From Acutalibacteraceae bacterium (GTDB lineage: Bacteria; Bacillota; Clostridia; Oscillospirales; Acutalibacteraceae), in contig JAZNLZ010000021.1 of the NCBI GenBank assembly GCA_045579365.1, positions 37,794 to 101,793 on the forward strand: a stretch of 64,000 nt of DNA, in the 5' to 3' direction. The notes under the pieces are model-generated. The model searched no databases. It saw only the letters and a program-made list of their open reading frames with translations, and was not told where the DNA came from. The position numbers and the translations under genes are program-made. Positions 63,456 to 64,000 of the stretch are shown here, one piece after another (the first letter of the stretch is position 1; each line of letters begins with the position of its first letter).

Positions 63456-64000
63456 CTTCGTTTATAATTTCGCTGCAAACCTTTTCTAATGAAAGGGGTA
63501 AAATTTTCCATTCGGCTTCCTCCATAACCCTCTTTTGAAGGATTTCGGGAGTGTCACCCTCTTTAATTTCCACAGCCTTTTGCATTATGATTTTACCACC
63601 ATCGGGAATTTCGTTTACAAAATGCACTGTAGCACCTGTAACCTTAACTCCGTATTTCAAGGCTTCTTCGTGAACTTTGAGTCCGTAAAATCCTTTGCCA
63701 CAAAAAGAGGGGATAAGGGAAGGATGGACATTAATTATTCTATCAGCATATTTGGTTGTGAAATTTTCACTTAAAATGCACATAAATCCTGCAAGAACAA
63801 TAACATCGGTCTTGTTTTCTTCCAAAAGTTTAATTAATTCACCTTCGAAAGCTTGACCCAATTCCTTTTTATTGCAAACAGCAGTTTTAATGCCTGCATT
63901 TTTAGCACGTTCTAAAGCGTAAGCACCGGGGTTGTTGGAAATAACAAGACTTATTTCACCACTTTTAATGATGCCACTTTTTTGAGCATCGATTAAAGCC
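63448..64000 (-). CDS. purN: Phosphoribosylglycinamide formyltransferase (N-terminus lies beyond the window end)
   Basis: NVHPSLIP and ATVHFV motifs. The frame stays open to nt 64000 (..ISLVISNNPGAYALERAKNAG..). Confidence 0.9.
   Translation of the reverse strand, partial: ALIDAQKSGIIKSGEISLVISNNPGAYALERAKNAGIKTAVCNKKELGQAFEGELIKLLEENKTDVIVLAGFMCILSENFTTKYADRIINVHPSLIPSFCGKGFYGLKVHEEALKYGVKVTGATVHFVNEIPDGGKIIMQKAVEIKEGDTPEILQKRVMEEAEWKILPLSLEKVCSEIINEGE

Noticed and set aside
1-64000. Looked for mobile elements, prophage, toxin-antitoxin, restriction-modification, CRISPR-Cas, retron or other defence genes, and for compositional islands.
   Set aside because: - No integrase, transposase, recombinase, nuclease/helicase defence signatures, terminal inverted repeats or tRNA-flanking direct repeats were seen.
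- Gene order is classic conserved Firmicute core synteny throughout.

Overview
This 64-kb window is AT-rich core chromosome from an anaerobic, probably spore-forming Firmicute with Clostridia-type gene content and order. All homology calls below come from reading motifs by eye. No database search was run.

Gene content in order:
- Plus strand, first half: der'-plsY-gpsA, rpmB, a HAD hydrolase, an MFS transporter, dCMP deaminase, and a riboswitch-controlled P-type ATPase. nadE follows on the minus strand. Then come miaB-ricA-mutS-mutL-miaA and a division cluster (ylmE-sepF-ylmH-divIVA-lspA-rluD), followed by split transketolase and GTP-PEPCK.
- A 10-gene [FeFe]-hydrogenase operon.
- Minus strand: ssrA (tmRNA)/smpB, a clostridial ferredoxin, and ricT-holB-trpS-AI-2E permease.
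- Plus strand: pyrH-frr-uppS-cdsA-dxr-rseP-ispG-polC and tRNA-Arg(CCU). A small block follows with an esterase, a membrane protein, spoIID, an E2-like acyltransferase and a mini-protein.
- Minus strand: a purine/C1 operon (purN'-purO-purH-glyA-purD-purL-fhs).

I see no transposase, integrase, phage, CRISPR or recognisable defence genes, so this is not an accessory island.

Main findings:
1. A translationally coupled six-gene module sits between hydC and the fdx-hydB-hydA genes of the electron-bifurcating hydrogenase. It encodes 2 DRTGG proteins, 2 small GHKL ATPases, a HydS-like [FeFe]-hydrogenase paralogue lacking the proton-relay Cys, and a PHP phosphoesterase. It looks like an uncharacterised H2/redox-sensing phospho-signalling system and is the best candidate here for an undescribed system.
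2. The polC gene has a precise in-frame absence of the 3'-5' exonuclease domain, and the PHP metal-binding set appears complete.
3. Smaller items:
   - a candidate yybP-ykoY (Mn2+) riboswitch
   - a MiaB without a TRAM domain
   - a multi-hairpin region downstream of fhs
   - two real small ORFs missing from the ORF track
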